Assembly: GCA_964530755.1 (NCBI GenBank)
Contig: CAZHBR010000003.1
Span: 1,664-25,908 of the forward strand
Origin: an uncultured Oscillospiraceae bacterium
Lineage (GTDB): Bacteria > Bacillota > Clostridia > Peptostreptococcales > Anaerovoracaceae
Reading direction: 5' to 3'
DNA length: 24,245 nucleotides
Within the stretch, counting starts at the first letter, position 1, and each line of letters begins with the position of its first letter. Of this stretch, positions 1 through 8,806 are shown piece by piece. A program made the position numbers and the translations under genes. A model generated the notes under the pieces. The model worked only from the letters and a program-made list of their open reading frames with translations, had not been told where the DNA came from and did no database searches.

Positions 1-77
1 GCATTTACATTCGCATAAAAGAAGGGTTTTATATTAAATAAGTCAATTTGAATTATTGGAATACTCTTAAATCAGAC

Positions 78-132
78 AATTCAGCCCCACCCGATAAGTT
101 AAAAAAACTTATCGGGTGGGGCTGAATTTTTA
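78..132 (+). terminator. Perfect 23-bp inverted repeat, probable intrinsic terminator of an upstream unit
   Basis: AATTCAGCCCCACCCGATAAGTT (78-100), loop AAAAA, AACTTATCGGGTGGGGCTGAATT (106-128), running into a short T tract. Confidence 0.6.
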
Positions 133-162
133 ATAAACAGCTAATTTTAAGCGTTCCTATCA

Positions 163-178
163 TGGCATACTTATTGCT
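163..178 (+). promoter_or_regulatory. Sigma54 (RpoN/SigL) -24/-12 promoter
   Basis: TGGCATACTTATTGCT has the exact GG-N10-GC spacing of the TGGCAY-N5-TTGC consensus, about 110 bp upstream of the amidohydrolase start. Confidence 0.75.
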
Positions 179-286
179 AAATCATAATATTAAAGGATGC
201 TGTCTGAATGAAACGAACTAAAATCTTGGGCGGTTATCGAAAATACGGTGCTGTAAAATTTAATCAATTGGAAAGGATAAAAGCTT

Positions 287-1921
287 ATGTTTCAAGTAGA
301 TACAGTTTATAAAAACGGAACAATATATACAATGAATCCGAAACAACCTAGAGCGCAGGCTTTAGCTATTACCGGTAATCTCGTTGTCGGCGTTGGTAAT
401 AACGACGATATGGAGAGTGTTATTGGCCCTGATACGAAGGTTTACGATATTGGTGGGAAAACCATGATACCCGGGTTTAATGATAGCCACAATCATATGA
501 TTGTTTTAGGGTTCAAGTTAACAGGTGTACCAGTTACGCCGGAGCAATGTCCTGATATCGAGGCTATAAAACAGGCAGTTGCAAAAAGGGTGTCAAATCT
601 TAAACCAGGGGAATGGGTTCGTGGTTTTGGTTTTGACGAAAGCCGTATGATGGACGGAAGAATGATTAATGCATACGATTTGGATGAGGTAGCGCCGAAT
701 AATCCTGTACAGTTATCCCGGACCTGCGGTCATATGTCAATTGTAAATAACTTAGCTATAAAACTGGCGAAAATTGACAATAATACACCGGATCCTAACG
801 GAGGGAAAATCATAAGGGATGAACATGGTAAAGCTACCGGTCTCTTGCAGGATGCGGCACAACATCTCGTTTTGGACATTATGCCGCCGTTTACGAAAAA
901 AGAAATTGTAAGTGCTTTGGATCATTCATGTAAAGCATATAATGCTTGCGGCATAACAAGCAGTACGGATAGCGGTGTCATACCTGCGATTGCAGAGGAA
1001 GTTGAAGGGTGGGCAGAGGCTAGTAACGAAAGCATTTTTACAGTACGTACGAGCAATTACATGTATCTGAATAGTGCTGATAAGCCGACAGGTTTTAATC
1101 GACTTATTGAAGCCGGACTGTTGAATGCGAGTTATGGCAATGCTGTTCATCGCTTTGCGGGAGCAAAATTTCTTCTTGATGGAAGCGTAGGAGGTGCTAC
1201 AGCAGCTACTTATGAACCTTATTTAACACCTCCGAAGCAGACTGGTGTTTTGTATATGGAGCAAGAGGAATTAGATTCTCATGTAAGAAGATTACATGAT
1301 GCGGGTGTTCAATTAAGCATTCATGCTATCGGAGAACGGGCTCTTGATCAAGCTTTGCTTGCATGTAAAAAAGCTATAAATGCGAATCCCCGTATGAATC
1401 ATAGACACAGGATAGAACATGCTTCTTTAGCAACCAAGGATCATTTGCAATGTATAAAGGATTTGAATATATACGTTGGAATGCAGCCAGGGTTTTTTTA
1501 TTTTCTAGGCGATAGCCATCTGAAAAATATTGGTTCAAAAAGAGTCGAAAAGGAATTTCCGATCAGGAGTGCCATGGATTTGGGGATAATTACCGCTTTG
1601 GGTACTGATTGCCCCGTAATAGATATTAATCCTAAGTATACGCTGTATTCCACTGTTTTTAGAAAAACAATCAGTGGCCAAAGCTGCGGGACAGCTGAAG
1701 GAATATCTATGGAAACGGCGATTTGGGCATATACCCAAGCTGGCGCATATCTTACTTTTGAAGAAAACATTAAAGGATCGCTTGCAGTTGGTAAACTGGC
1801 GGATTTTACAATTTTGTCAATGGATCCGATGAAAGTTGATATGGAGCACGCACAGGATATTTTGAACATGTCAGTCATAGCCACTGTTATGGACGGCAAA
1901 TTAGTTTATGGCGGGTTTTAG
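287..1921 (+). CDS. Amidohydrolase family 3, YtcJ/NfdA-like metal-dependent hydrolase (544 aa)
   Basis: N-terminal 'YKNGTIYTM' beta-strand; PGFNDSHNH (HxH metal site); KFLLDGS, HAIGERA, RIEHA and GTDCP motifs; C-terminal GSLAVGKLADF; RBS GAAAGGA upstream. Confidence 0.9.
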   Translation: MFQVDTVYKNGTIYTMNPKQPRAQALAITGNLVVGVGNNDDMESVIGPDTKVYDIGGKTMIPGFNDSHNHMIVLGFKLTGVPVTPEQCPDIEAIKQAVAKRVSNLKPGEWVRGFGFDESRMMDGRMINAYDLDEVAPNNPVQLSRTCGHMSIVNNLAIKLAKIDNNTPDPNGGKIIRDEHGKATGLLQDAAQHLVLDIMPPFTKKEIVSALDHSCKAYNACGITSSTDSGVIPAIAEEVEGWAEASNESIFTVRTSNYMYLNSADKPTGFNRLIEAGLLNASYGNAVHRFAGAKFLLDGSVGGATAATYEPYLTPPKQTGVLYMEQEELDSHVRRLHDAGVQLSIHAIGERALDQALLACKKAINANPRMNHRHRIEHASLATKDHLQCIKDLNIYVGMQPGFFYFLGDSHLKNIGSKRVEKEFPIRSAMDLGIITALGTDCPVIDINPKYTLYSTVFRKTISGQSCGTAEGISMETAIWAYTQAGAYLTFEENIKGSLAVGKLADFTILSMDPMKVDMEHAQDILNMSVIATVMDGKLVYGGF

Positions 1922-2008
1922 TTGCTGCTTAGGTTCGTTTCAATGGTAACAGTGCTAGCATTTTCAAGAAAAACCAAATCTGTATGATAAAAAAGAAAGG
2001 AGAACGTT

Positions 2009-3781
2009 ATGGGAGTAATAGGATGGAGTGTTATCTTTTTAATCGTTTGTATTGTAGGTTTTGTACTCCTTGGGATTTATTTTGTCAGAAGAATGGCAAA
2101 TACATCCGATGAGTTCCTAATGGCCGGAAGACGGGCCCCGTTTTGGTTATTAGCTGCTGCCTATATGGGGGGATTAATTGGGGGCTCAAGTGTTTCCGGT
2201 TGGGCGGGATATGGCTATGCTGCCGGTATGAGTTCAGTTTGGTCGGCCATTTTGCCGGCAGCCGGCGGGACTTTCTTTATTTTAATTTTTGCACGCAGAC
2301 TAAATACTTTCGGAAGAAAAACAGGGGCTTTAACAATAAGCGATTTTATCTGCGCAAGGTACGGGGAACAGCTGAGGCTGCCGTCTGCGATTATTGCCTT
2401 TTTTAGACCGGGTTTTATTAGCGGTATGCAGTATCTTGCAATTGCAGTAGTTTTAAACGTAGCATTTGGAATGCCATTAAAATGGGGTATAATCGCCTCC
2501 GCTGTTGCAATTTTAGGATATCTCATAACAGCCGGTCAAGTCTCGGCCCTTGTAACACAGTGGTTACAGGCAACCTTGCAATCCTTAGGGGTTGTAGTAT
2601 TTGCATTAGTATGTTTTAAAATTGCCGGAGGTGCCAGCTTCACATTTGACCAATTTTACGCCATTCTGCCATCCAATTTTGTTGATGGATTGCAAGTATC
2701 TTTATCAAACTTTAGTGTATGGTTTCTTACCCTTGGTTTGTTTTATCTTGTTGATCCTTGGGTTTATATGTGGGCTTATATGGGTGAAACTCCTAGAATC
2801 AGTCAAAATGCACAGTTGGCATCATGTTGTGCACATTATTTTGGCATTTTAATCTTTGGGGCAGGTATGGCTGTTGCCGTTGCTGTTGCTAATAATATGC
2901 TTTTCCTTCCGGAGGGGATGTCTAACGATGCTATTTATTCATTTATAGCACTAAATAAGACTTCTGTCCCAATTGGGACTATACTTATTGTCGGTTTACT
3001 TATGACAATCATTTCTTGCGGTTCATCTTTTGCAATGAATGGAGCAACAATTATTAGTCATGATATATATAGCAAATGCATTAATAAAAATGCAACGGAA
3101 AAACAAAAGTTATTTGCTAGCAGAGTAGCTGTGATAATTACTTCCGCTTTCGGCGTTTGCGGTGCACTTTGGCTACCGAGTCTTATTCCGCTTTGGGTTC
3201 TTGCTCAGGCAATTGCTACTTCCGGATTACTGTGCCCTGTTCTTGGTGCTTGGTTTTGGAAAAGGGGAACTAAAGCGGGAGCACTTGCGTCATGCGTGCT
3301 AGGTGGCGCTGCTGCAATTGGCTGGGCAATGTACGCATGGAATACAACGGGAAGCCCGGGGGGGTTGGTAAATGGGTTGCATGCTGCACACGTTGGGCTT
3401 GTGGTTGAAGTTGTAGTATTTATTGTAATAAGCCTTGTTACTAAAGCCGATTATACGACTGCAGAGAATACTAGTTACAAGCAACTGGGTGATAATGTCA
3501 GACAAGCGGCTATTGATGCGGGAACGCCGGAGAAGCCGGGTATTTGGGGTATTCTCGGAGCTGAAAAGATATCAATTAGGCTCGTTTGGATCGGTGTGGG
3601 TCTTTTGTTCATAGGTCATTATGTTTTAGTATCTATATTTAAATATAAGAGTGTTGGGATCTTTACAATGTGGGTTGCTATTTTATCAAGTATAGCAATT
3701 CTGGTTATCTTCTTCATTATGGGTGGGGTAGATGCATTCAAGTTCAGTCGCGCCACGAAAAGGGGACGAGAAATAGCTTAA
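2009..3781 (+). CDS. Sodium:solute symporter (SSS) family transporter (590 aa)
   Basis: 'DEFLMAGRRAPFW', 'GWAGYGYAAGMS', 'TISDFICARYG' and 'IISHDIY' are typical SSS motifs; many hydrophobic segments; RBS AAGGAG. Confidence 0.9.
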   Translation: MGVIGWSVIFLIVCIVGFVLLGIYFVRRMANTSDEFLMAGRRAPFWLLAAAYMGGLIGGSSVSGWAGYGYAAGMSSVWSAILPAAGGTFFILIFARRLNTFGRKTGALTISDFICARYGEQLRLPSAIIAFFRPGFISGMQYLAIAVVLNVAFGMPLKWGIIASAVAILGYLITAGQVSALVTQWLQATLQSLGVVVFALVCFKIAGGASFTFDQFYAILPSNFVDGLQVSLSNFSVWFLTLGLFYLVDPWVYMWAYMGETPRISQNAQLASCCAHYFGILIFGAGMAVAVAVANNMLFLPEGMSNDAIYSFIALNKTSVPIGTILIVGLLMTIISCGSSFAMNGATIISHDIYSKCINKNATEKQKLFASRVAVIITSAFGVCGALWLPSLIPLWVLAQAIATSGLLCPVLGAWFWKRGTKAGALASCVLGGAAAIGWAMYAWNTTGSPGGLVNGLHAAHVGLVVEVVVFIVISLVTKADYTTAENTSYKQLGDNVRQAAIDAGTPEKPGIWGILGAEKISIRLVWIGVGLLFIGHYVLVSIFKYKSVGIFTMWVAILSSIAILVIFFIMGGVDAFKFSRATKRGREIA

Positions 3782-3789
3782 ATATATTG

Positions 3790-3831
3790 TCTAACAATCC
3801 GCGGTGGTAAATTCAGCGGCGGATTGTTAGA
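3790..3831. terminator. Stem-loop right after the SSS stop codon
   Basis: TCTAACAATCCGC (3790-3802) pairs with GCGGATTGTTAGA (3819-3831); no clear U tract. Confidence 0.5.
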
Positions 3832-3931
3832 TATGGAACATCAACGGTATATTTAATATGTTAATATGAAAATTAATACAATTAGATTGGACTTTCAAGA
3901 AAGTAAGTAGAGGGCAACAAACTTGCATATG

Positions 3932-3958
3932 AAAACTGCCAGGGGATGGCAGTTTTTT
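3932..3958 (+). terminator. Rho-independent terminator
   Basis: AAAACTGCCA-GGGGA-TGGCAGTTTT with T6 (3953-3958). Confidence 0.7.
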
Positions 3959-4027
3959 CGTGCAGTCGGCTGGGAGATTTAATTCCATAAACACGAAGGA
4001 TAAGAAATAACTTGCTTAATGTTTGTA

Positions 4028-4056
4028 TTCCACAAACGGTAAATCTGTGCTAAAAT
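4028..4056 (+). promoter_or_regulatory. Possible sigmaA extended -10 promoter of the pgm operon
   Basis: TG-c-TAAAAT (4048-4056) with a weak -35 TTCCAC 17 bp upstream. Confidence 0.4.
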
Positions 4057-4106
4057 TATTAGTATCGATGTCGGAATAAATATATCAATTTGAGGGGCGG
4101 GTCTTA

Positions 4107-5924
4107 ATGGATACACAAAAACTGGGAGAAGCGTACGGCAAAATGAATCTGTGGCTTTCACAACCGGATTTACCTTCCAAGATCTATCGTGAGTTGAAAG
4201 CGCTTGAGGAACGGCTTGAGGCCGACTCTGGCGATAAAGAAGCGAGAGAGGAGATTTACGATCGGTTTTATCGGGATCTGGATTTTGGGACCGGAGGACT
4301 CAGAGGAATACTCGGTGCGGGCACAAACCGCATGAATATTTACACTGTCCGTAAGTTGACTCAGGGGTTGGCGGACTATCTGAGGGACAGATATGAAAAC
4401 GGAGAAGAGGAAATTTCTGTTGCAATAGCCTATGATAGCAGAATTCAGTCTGAAAGCTTTGCTATGGAAGCGGGAAGGGTGCTTGCGGCAAACGATATCA
4501 AGGTACATATTTATCCGGAACTTATGCCTACTCCTGCCTTATCATTTGCCGTCCGACACCATAAATGCTGCGGGGGCATAATGATTACCGCAAGCCATAA
4601 TCCGTCAAATTACAACGGTTATAAGGTGTACAACAAGGAGGGCTGCCAGGTGGTCCCCGAGGAAGCGGAGGAAATAACCTCCTTTATAGAGAAAGTGGAC
4701 CCGTTTGAAGATATAAAGGGGGGTAGCATTGAAGAGAAATGCAACCTGAGCATTCATGAGCAAGAAGAGCTGAAAGAATGTCCCTTGCATTTCATTTCGC
4801 AGGAAACAGTTGATGCCTATATAGAGGCGGTAAAAAGCAGCCGTACGGGTGTGGATTGCAGAGGCATCGAAGTTGTATATACACCTTTAAATGGTGCCGG
4901 CAATAAAATGGTTCAAAGGATACTTGCCGAAATCGGAACGGGGAAGGTCCATGTAGTGCCAGAGCAGGAGCAACCTGATGGAAATTTCCCAACCTGCCCA
5001 TACCCGAACCCCGAAAAGGAGGAAGCTTTAAGAAGAGGCCTGGCACTTTGCGCCTCGCTTAAAACGCCTGATTTATTACTGGCTACCGATCCTGATTGTG
5101 ATCGTTTGGGAATTGCCGTACGCAAAGAGGATTGTGACGGGATAAACTACGAAAGGCTTACGGGGAATGAAGTCGGCGTTTTACTTTTAGATTTCCTTTG
5201 CAGAAAGAAGAAGCTGCAGGCACATCCCCTTGCTATGAGAACGATAGTATCTTCTAAAATGGCTGATGCAGTTGCAAAAGAGCATGGGGTTTTAATGGTC
5301 TGCCTTTTAACGGGGTTTAAGTTTATAGGAGAAAGGATCGGACAGTTGGAATCCGTTGGTGAAGAAAGCCGTTTCATTTTCGGCTTTGAGGAAAGCTATG
5401 GTTATCTCGCAGGGAGCTATGTGAGGGATAAGGATGCGGTGGCCGCGGCCATGCTTGTCACTGAAGCTGCCGCATATTACAAAAAAGAGGGTAAAACCTT
5501 GATAGATCGCATGGAGGAATTATACAAGAAGCATGGATATTTTATCGATGAATTGATGTATTTTGCTTTTGATGAGGTTGGGGGCATGGAACGCATGGCA
5601 GGGATAATGAGCAGACTCAGATCATCCCCTCCCATCGGAATCATCGGTAAAAAGGTTGTAGAAATATCTGATTACCTGCTTTCAAAAAGAAGAGCTCCAG
5701 AAGAGGCGGCAGGCGATGCGGCTTTTGAGATTAAACCGATCAGCCTTCCCAAATCCGACGTCCTGGAATATGTATTAGAAGACGGCAGCAGCGTAATAGT
5801 GAGGCCTTCAGGCACGGAGCCTAATTTGAAGGTGTATCTGTCAGCGAAAGGCGATACGAAGGAGACTGCCATGGAGATAATCAACAATATGAAAGACACT
5901 ATAAAAGAATGGCTGCCCGTATGA
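4107..5924 (+). CDS. pgm: Phosphoglucomutase/phosphomannomutase (alpha-D-phosphohexomutase, 605 aa)
   Basis: FGTGGLRG, catalytic TASHNP, metal loop DPDCDR, sugar loop FEESYG, phosphate loop RPSGTEP. Confidence 0.95.
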   Translation: MDTQKLGEAYGKMNLWLSQPDLPSKIYRELKALEERLEADSGDKEAREEIYDRFYRDLDFGTGGLRGILGAGTNRMNIYTVRKLTQGLADYLRDRYENGEEEISVAIAYDSRIQSESFAMEAGRVLAANDIKVHIYPELMPTPALSFAVRHHKCCGGIMITASHNPSNYNGYKVYNKEGCQVVPEEAEEITSFIEKVDPFEDIKGGSIEEKCNLSIHEQEELKECPLHFISQETVDAYIEAVKSSRTGVDCRGIEVVYTPLNGAGNKMVQRILAEIGTGKVHVVPEQEQPDGNFPTCPYPNPEKEEALRRGLALCASLKTPDLLLATDPDCDRLGIAVRKEDCDGINYERLTGNEVGVLLLDFLCRKKKLQAHPLAMRTIVSSKMADAVAKEHGVLMVCLLTGFKFIGERIGQLESVGEESRFIFGFEESYGYLAGSYVRDKDAVAAAMLVTEAAAYYKKEGKTLIDRMEELYKKHGYFIDELMYFAFDEVGGMERMAGIMSRLRSSPPIGIIGKKVVEISDYLLSKRRAPEEAAGDAAFEIKPISLPKSDVLEYVLEDGSSVIVRPSGTEPNLKVYLSAKGDTKETAMEIINNMKDTIKEWLPV

Positions 5925-6889
5925 ACACCTTAATAGCCGTGGATAAAAGCTCCTCCTTTCGAATTTATCTTGCCGTAACGACAAAGATGGCAGAGAATGC
6001 AAGAAAGGTGCATGATACGTCCCCCTTGGCATCAGCAGCTTTAGGACGCGTCCTGACCAGCGCCGGACTTATGGGGATAATGCTTTTAAAGGATAAAAAG
6101 GATAAGTTAACAGTGCAGTTTAAAGGTGACGGCCCTGCAGGGGAGATACTTGCTACGGCAGGCTCAACGGGTAAGGTTAAAGGTTATATTTCGAATCCTA
6201 TTGTGGATTTGCCTTTAAAACCGGATGGGAAGCTCGATGTCGGAACAGCCTTAGGCAAAGGTACAGTCACCGTCATTCGGGATAGCGGGCTTAAGGAACC
6301 TTATATGGGGCGAATAGATATGGTCAGCGGGGAGATAGCCGAGGATTTGACCGCCTATTTCTTTTTGTCTGAGCAACAGTCGACTTCGGTGGCGCTGGGT
6401 GTAAAAATTGGAAGAGATTGCAGCGTGATAGCGGCCGGCGGTATGATAATACAGATGCTGCCCGATAATGACCCTTTATCTGTAGGTGCGCTTGAACATC
6501 TTCTTGCAAATCTTCCTCCTCTTACGGATCTAATAGAAGAAGAATCGAAAAAGGAAACACCTTTGGCCATTCTGTCAGGTCTGGCGGACAGAATATTTCT
6601 GGAGCTGCCAAAAGAATATAGGCCCGAGATTCTTGAATATAAAAATATGGAGTGGGATTGCGATTGTTCTTTTGAAAGGTTGGAGCGTGTATTGCTTTCT
6701 CTGGGGGAAAAGGAGCTAAGAACCATTTTGGAGGAGGATGGTCAGGCGGAATTAGTCTGTCAGTTTTGCAGAGGCAAATACCATTTTGATAAGGAGCATC
6801 TTGCGATGCTTTTACGGGTGGCGGTTAAATCAAAGGAAATCATGGAAGGGAAAAGAAAATGCTCAAGGAATTCAAGGAATTCGCCCTAA
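5921..6889 (+). CDS. hslO: Hsp33 redox-regulated chaperone (about 322 aa)
   Basis: 'HDTSPLASAALGRVLT', 'GDGPAG', 'SGEIAEDLTAYFFLSEQ', zinc motif CDC...CQFC. Start moved from 5909 to ATG 5921, which overlaps the pgm stop (ATGA). Confidence 0.95.
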   Translation: MNTLIAVDKSSSFRIYLAVTTKMAENARKVHDTSPLASAALGRVLTSAGLMGIMLLKDKKDKLTVQFKGDGPAGEILATAGSTGKVKGYISNPIVDLPLKPDGKLDVGTALGKGTVTVIRDSGLKEPYMGRIDMVSGEIAEDLTAYFFLSEQQSTSVALGVKIGRDCSVIAAGGMIIQMLPDNDPLSVGALEHLLANLPPLTDLIEEESKKETPLAILSGLADRIFLELPKEYRPEILEYKNMEWDCDCSFERLERVLLSLGEKELRTILEEDGQAELVCQFCRGKYHFDKEHLAMLLRVAVKSKEIMEGKRKCSRNSRNSP

Positions 6890-7278
6890 AGGGTAATGTG
6901 ATCGATCTGGCAGTGGGCATAATCATAGGGGGAGCTTTCGGCAAAATAGTTTCCTCGCTGGTTAACGACTTGATAATGCCTTTAATGGGCTATATTACGG
7001 CCGGAACGGATTTTACGAGTCTGAAGATAGTTCTGTCGAAGGCTGTTATAGAAGGGACCGAGGTTATAAAGCCGGAGGCTTCTATCATGTACGGCAACTT
7101 CCTGCAGACCCTGCTGGACTTTTTAATAATTGCATTTTCTATTTTCATCGCCATTCGCATGATCAATAAAGTAAGAAGGAAGCAATCGGATTCTTCCGAA
7201 GAACCCGTAACAGAGCCTCCGGCGCCGACAGAGGCGGAACTTCTTGTTGAGATCAGGGATATATTAAAGAACAGATAG
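6859..7278 (+). CDS. mscL: Large-conductance mechanosensitive channel (139 aa)
   Basis: MLKEFKEFALKGNVIDLAVGIIIGGAFGKIVSSLVNDLIMP, YGNFLQ and ELLVEIRDIL. Confidence 0.97.
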   Translation: MLKEFKEFALKGNVIDLAVGIIIGGAFGKIVSSLVNDLIMPLMGYITAGTDFTSLKIVLSKAVIEGTEVIKPEASIMYGNFLQTLLDFLIIAFSIFIAIRMINKVRRKQSDSSEEPVTEPPAPTEAELLVEIRDILKNR

Positions 7279-7309
7279 CAGTGTGTGACAGAAAGTTGAG
7301 AAATATTGA

Positions 7310-8367
7310 ATGATCAAATTGGGCATCTTATTCGGAGGAAGATCGGGTGAGCATGAAATTTCCCTCATGTCCGCCGCCTCGGTTATAAAGGCGGCAGCTA
7401 AGGATAAGTACAGGGTTGTTCCAATCGGGATAACAAAAAAAGGTGACTGGCTGATCTATGAGGGACCGGTAGAGAACATAGAGGATGGAAGCTGGCAGCA
7501 GATGGCGGAAGCGGCTCTTGCCGCGGATCCTGAAAAATATGAACTGGCGGTTATAGGAAACGGCAGAAGCTCCTTGAAGGGGCGCATAGATTTTGCATTG
7601 CCCATACTGCATGGACCCTACGGGGAGGACGGAACAATACAGGGGCTTTTTGAAATGCTCGATATCCCTTACGGGGGATGCGGTGTTACAGGTTCAGCCT
7701 TGGCTATGGATAAGATATTGGCAAAAACAGTTTTTGCTAAAGAAGGTCTGCCTCAGGGTCCTTATATCTTTGTCCTTTCAGAAGAAATCTTAGAGGATTA
7801 TGAGGGGGCAGCGGCATCTATTGAACAGGCTTTTCCTTATCCGGTATTCGTTAAACCCGCTAACATGGGGTCAAGCGTAGGCATTTCCAAGGTCAAGGAT
7901 AAAAAGGGTTTAAGATCGGCTCTCACAGAAGAATAATTGTGGAAAAATCTATTGATTGCAGAGAGTTAGAAGTTGCAATTCTGGGTAACTATTATGCAGA
8001 GGCCAGCGGAGTGGGTGAGATAATTCCCTCCGAGGAATTCTATAATTATCACGCTAAATATTTTGACGGCGGAAAATCCAGGCTGTGCATACCCGCCGAC
8101 ATAACTTCAAATGAGGAGCGCCAGATTAAAGACATAGCGTTAAAGGCTTACCGCCTTCTGGATTTGAGCGGTTTTGCCAGAGCAGATTTCTTCCTAGAAA
8201 AGGAAAGCGGGAAAATATACATCAACGAGATAAATACTATCCCCGGGTTTACAAGGTTCAGCATGTTTCCGATGCTTTGGGAGCATTCGGGGCTTTTATA
8301 CCCGGAATTAATAGAAAGGATTGTAGCATTGGGATATGAAAGATATAATGCTAAAAATCGTGGGTAA
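7310..8367 (+). pseudogene. ddl: D-alanine--D-alanine ligase split by a frameshift near 7925-7936 (ORFs 7310-7936 and 7939-8367)
   Basis: N half: GGRSGEHEISL, LHGPYGEDGTIQG, MDK, FVKPANMGSSVGISKV. C half in the -1 frame: IIVEKSIDCRELEVAILGN, FYNYHAKY, RADFF, NEINTIPGFT. In-frame TAA at 7934-7936. Confidence 0.9.
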
Positions 8368-8806
8368 GCAACTGTACGGGTTTTCAGATGAAGAAAACCA
8401 GCTGGAATTTGTAACTGAGGGTAAATTTTACGAAAAAGAGGACTCAGTCTATTTGCTTTACGATGAAAGCAAGGTTTCAGGCATGGAAGGCTGCACCACC
8501 AGACTTAAAATCACAGGAGACAAAGTGCAAATGCAGCGAAAAGGAGATCTGGTTCCCCTTGATACAGAGATTGAATTTGAAAAGGGGAAGCGATTTACCG
8601 GCTATTACAACACCGTTTTTGGAGCGGTGGAAATGGAGGTCCTTACAAACGATGTGGTAAATAAAATCGATAAAGCGGAGGGGAAAGGAACCCTGGACAT
8701 CGATTACCACATAAGCCTTAGGGGTCTTTCAGAGGGAAGGAGCCGCCTTGCCATAGAGGTTTTGGACCAACAGCATTTGCAGGAGGGGCTTTCCAAGAAT
8801 GAGTAG
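8336..8806 (+). CDS. DUF1934 (YwiB-like) family protein (156 aa)
   Basis: 'EFVTEGKFYEKEDSVYLLYDES..SGMEGCTTRLKI' and 'YNTVFG..EMEV' pattern of the beta-rich DUF1934 family. Confidence 0.75.
   Translation: MKDIMLKIVGKQLYGFSDEENQLEFVTEGKFYEKEDSVYLLYDESKVSGMEGCTTRLKITGDKVQMQRKGDLVPLDTEIEFEKGKRFTGYYNTVFGAVEMEVLTNDVVNKIDKAEGKGTLDIDYHISLRGLSEGRSRLAIEVLDQQHLQEGLSKNE

Noticed and set aside
1-20. Possible enhancer (UAS) for the sigma54 promoter
   Set aside because: GCATTTACATTCGCA has plausible spacing and symmetry but is cut by the window edge, so it cannot be supported
78-3817. AATTCAGC direct repeat (78-85 and 3810-3817) as att/target duplication around the amidohydrolase module
   Set aside because: Only 8 bp, embedded in unrelated hairpins, with no adjacent mobility gene; consistent with chance
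7920-7945. Programmed -1 frameshift in ddl
   Set aside because: No X-XXY-YYZ slippery heptamer, and about 6 conserved residues are missing at the junction, which fits a deletion better
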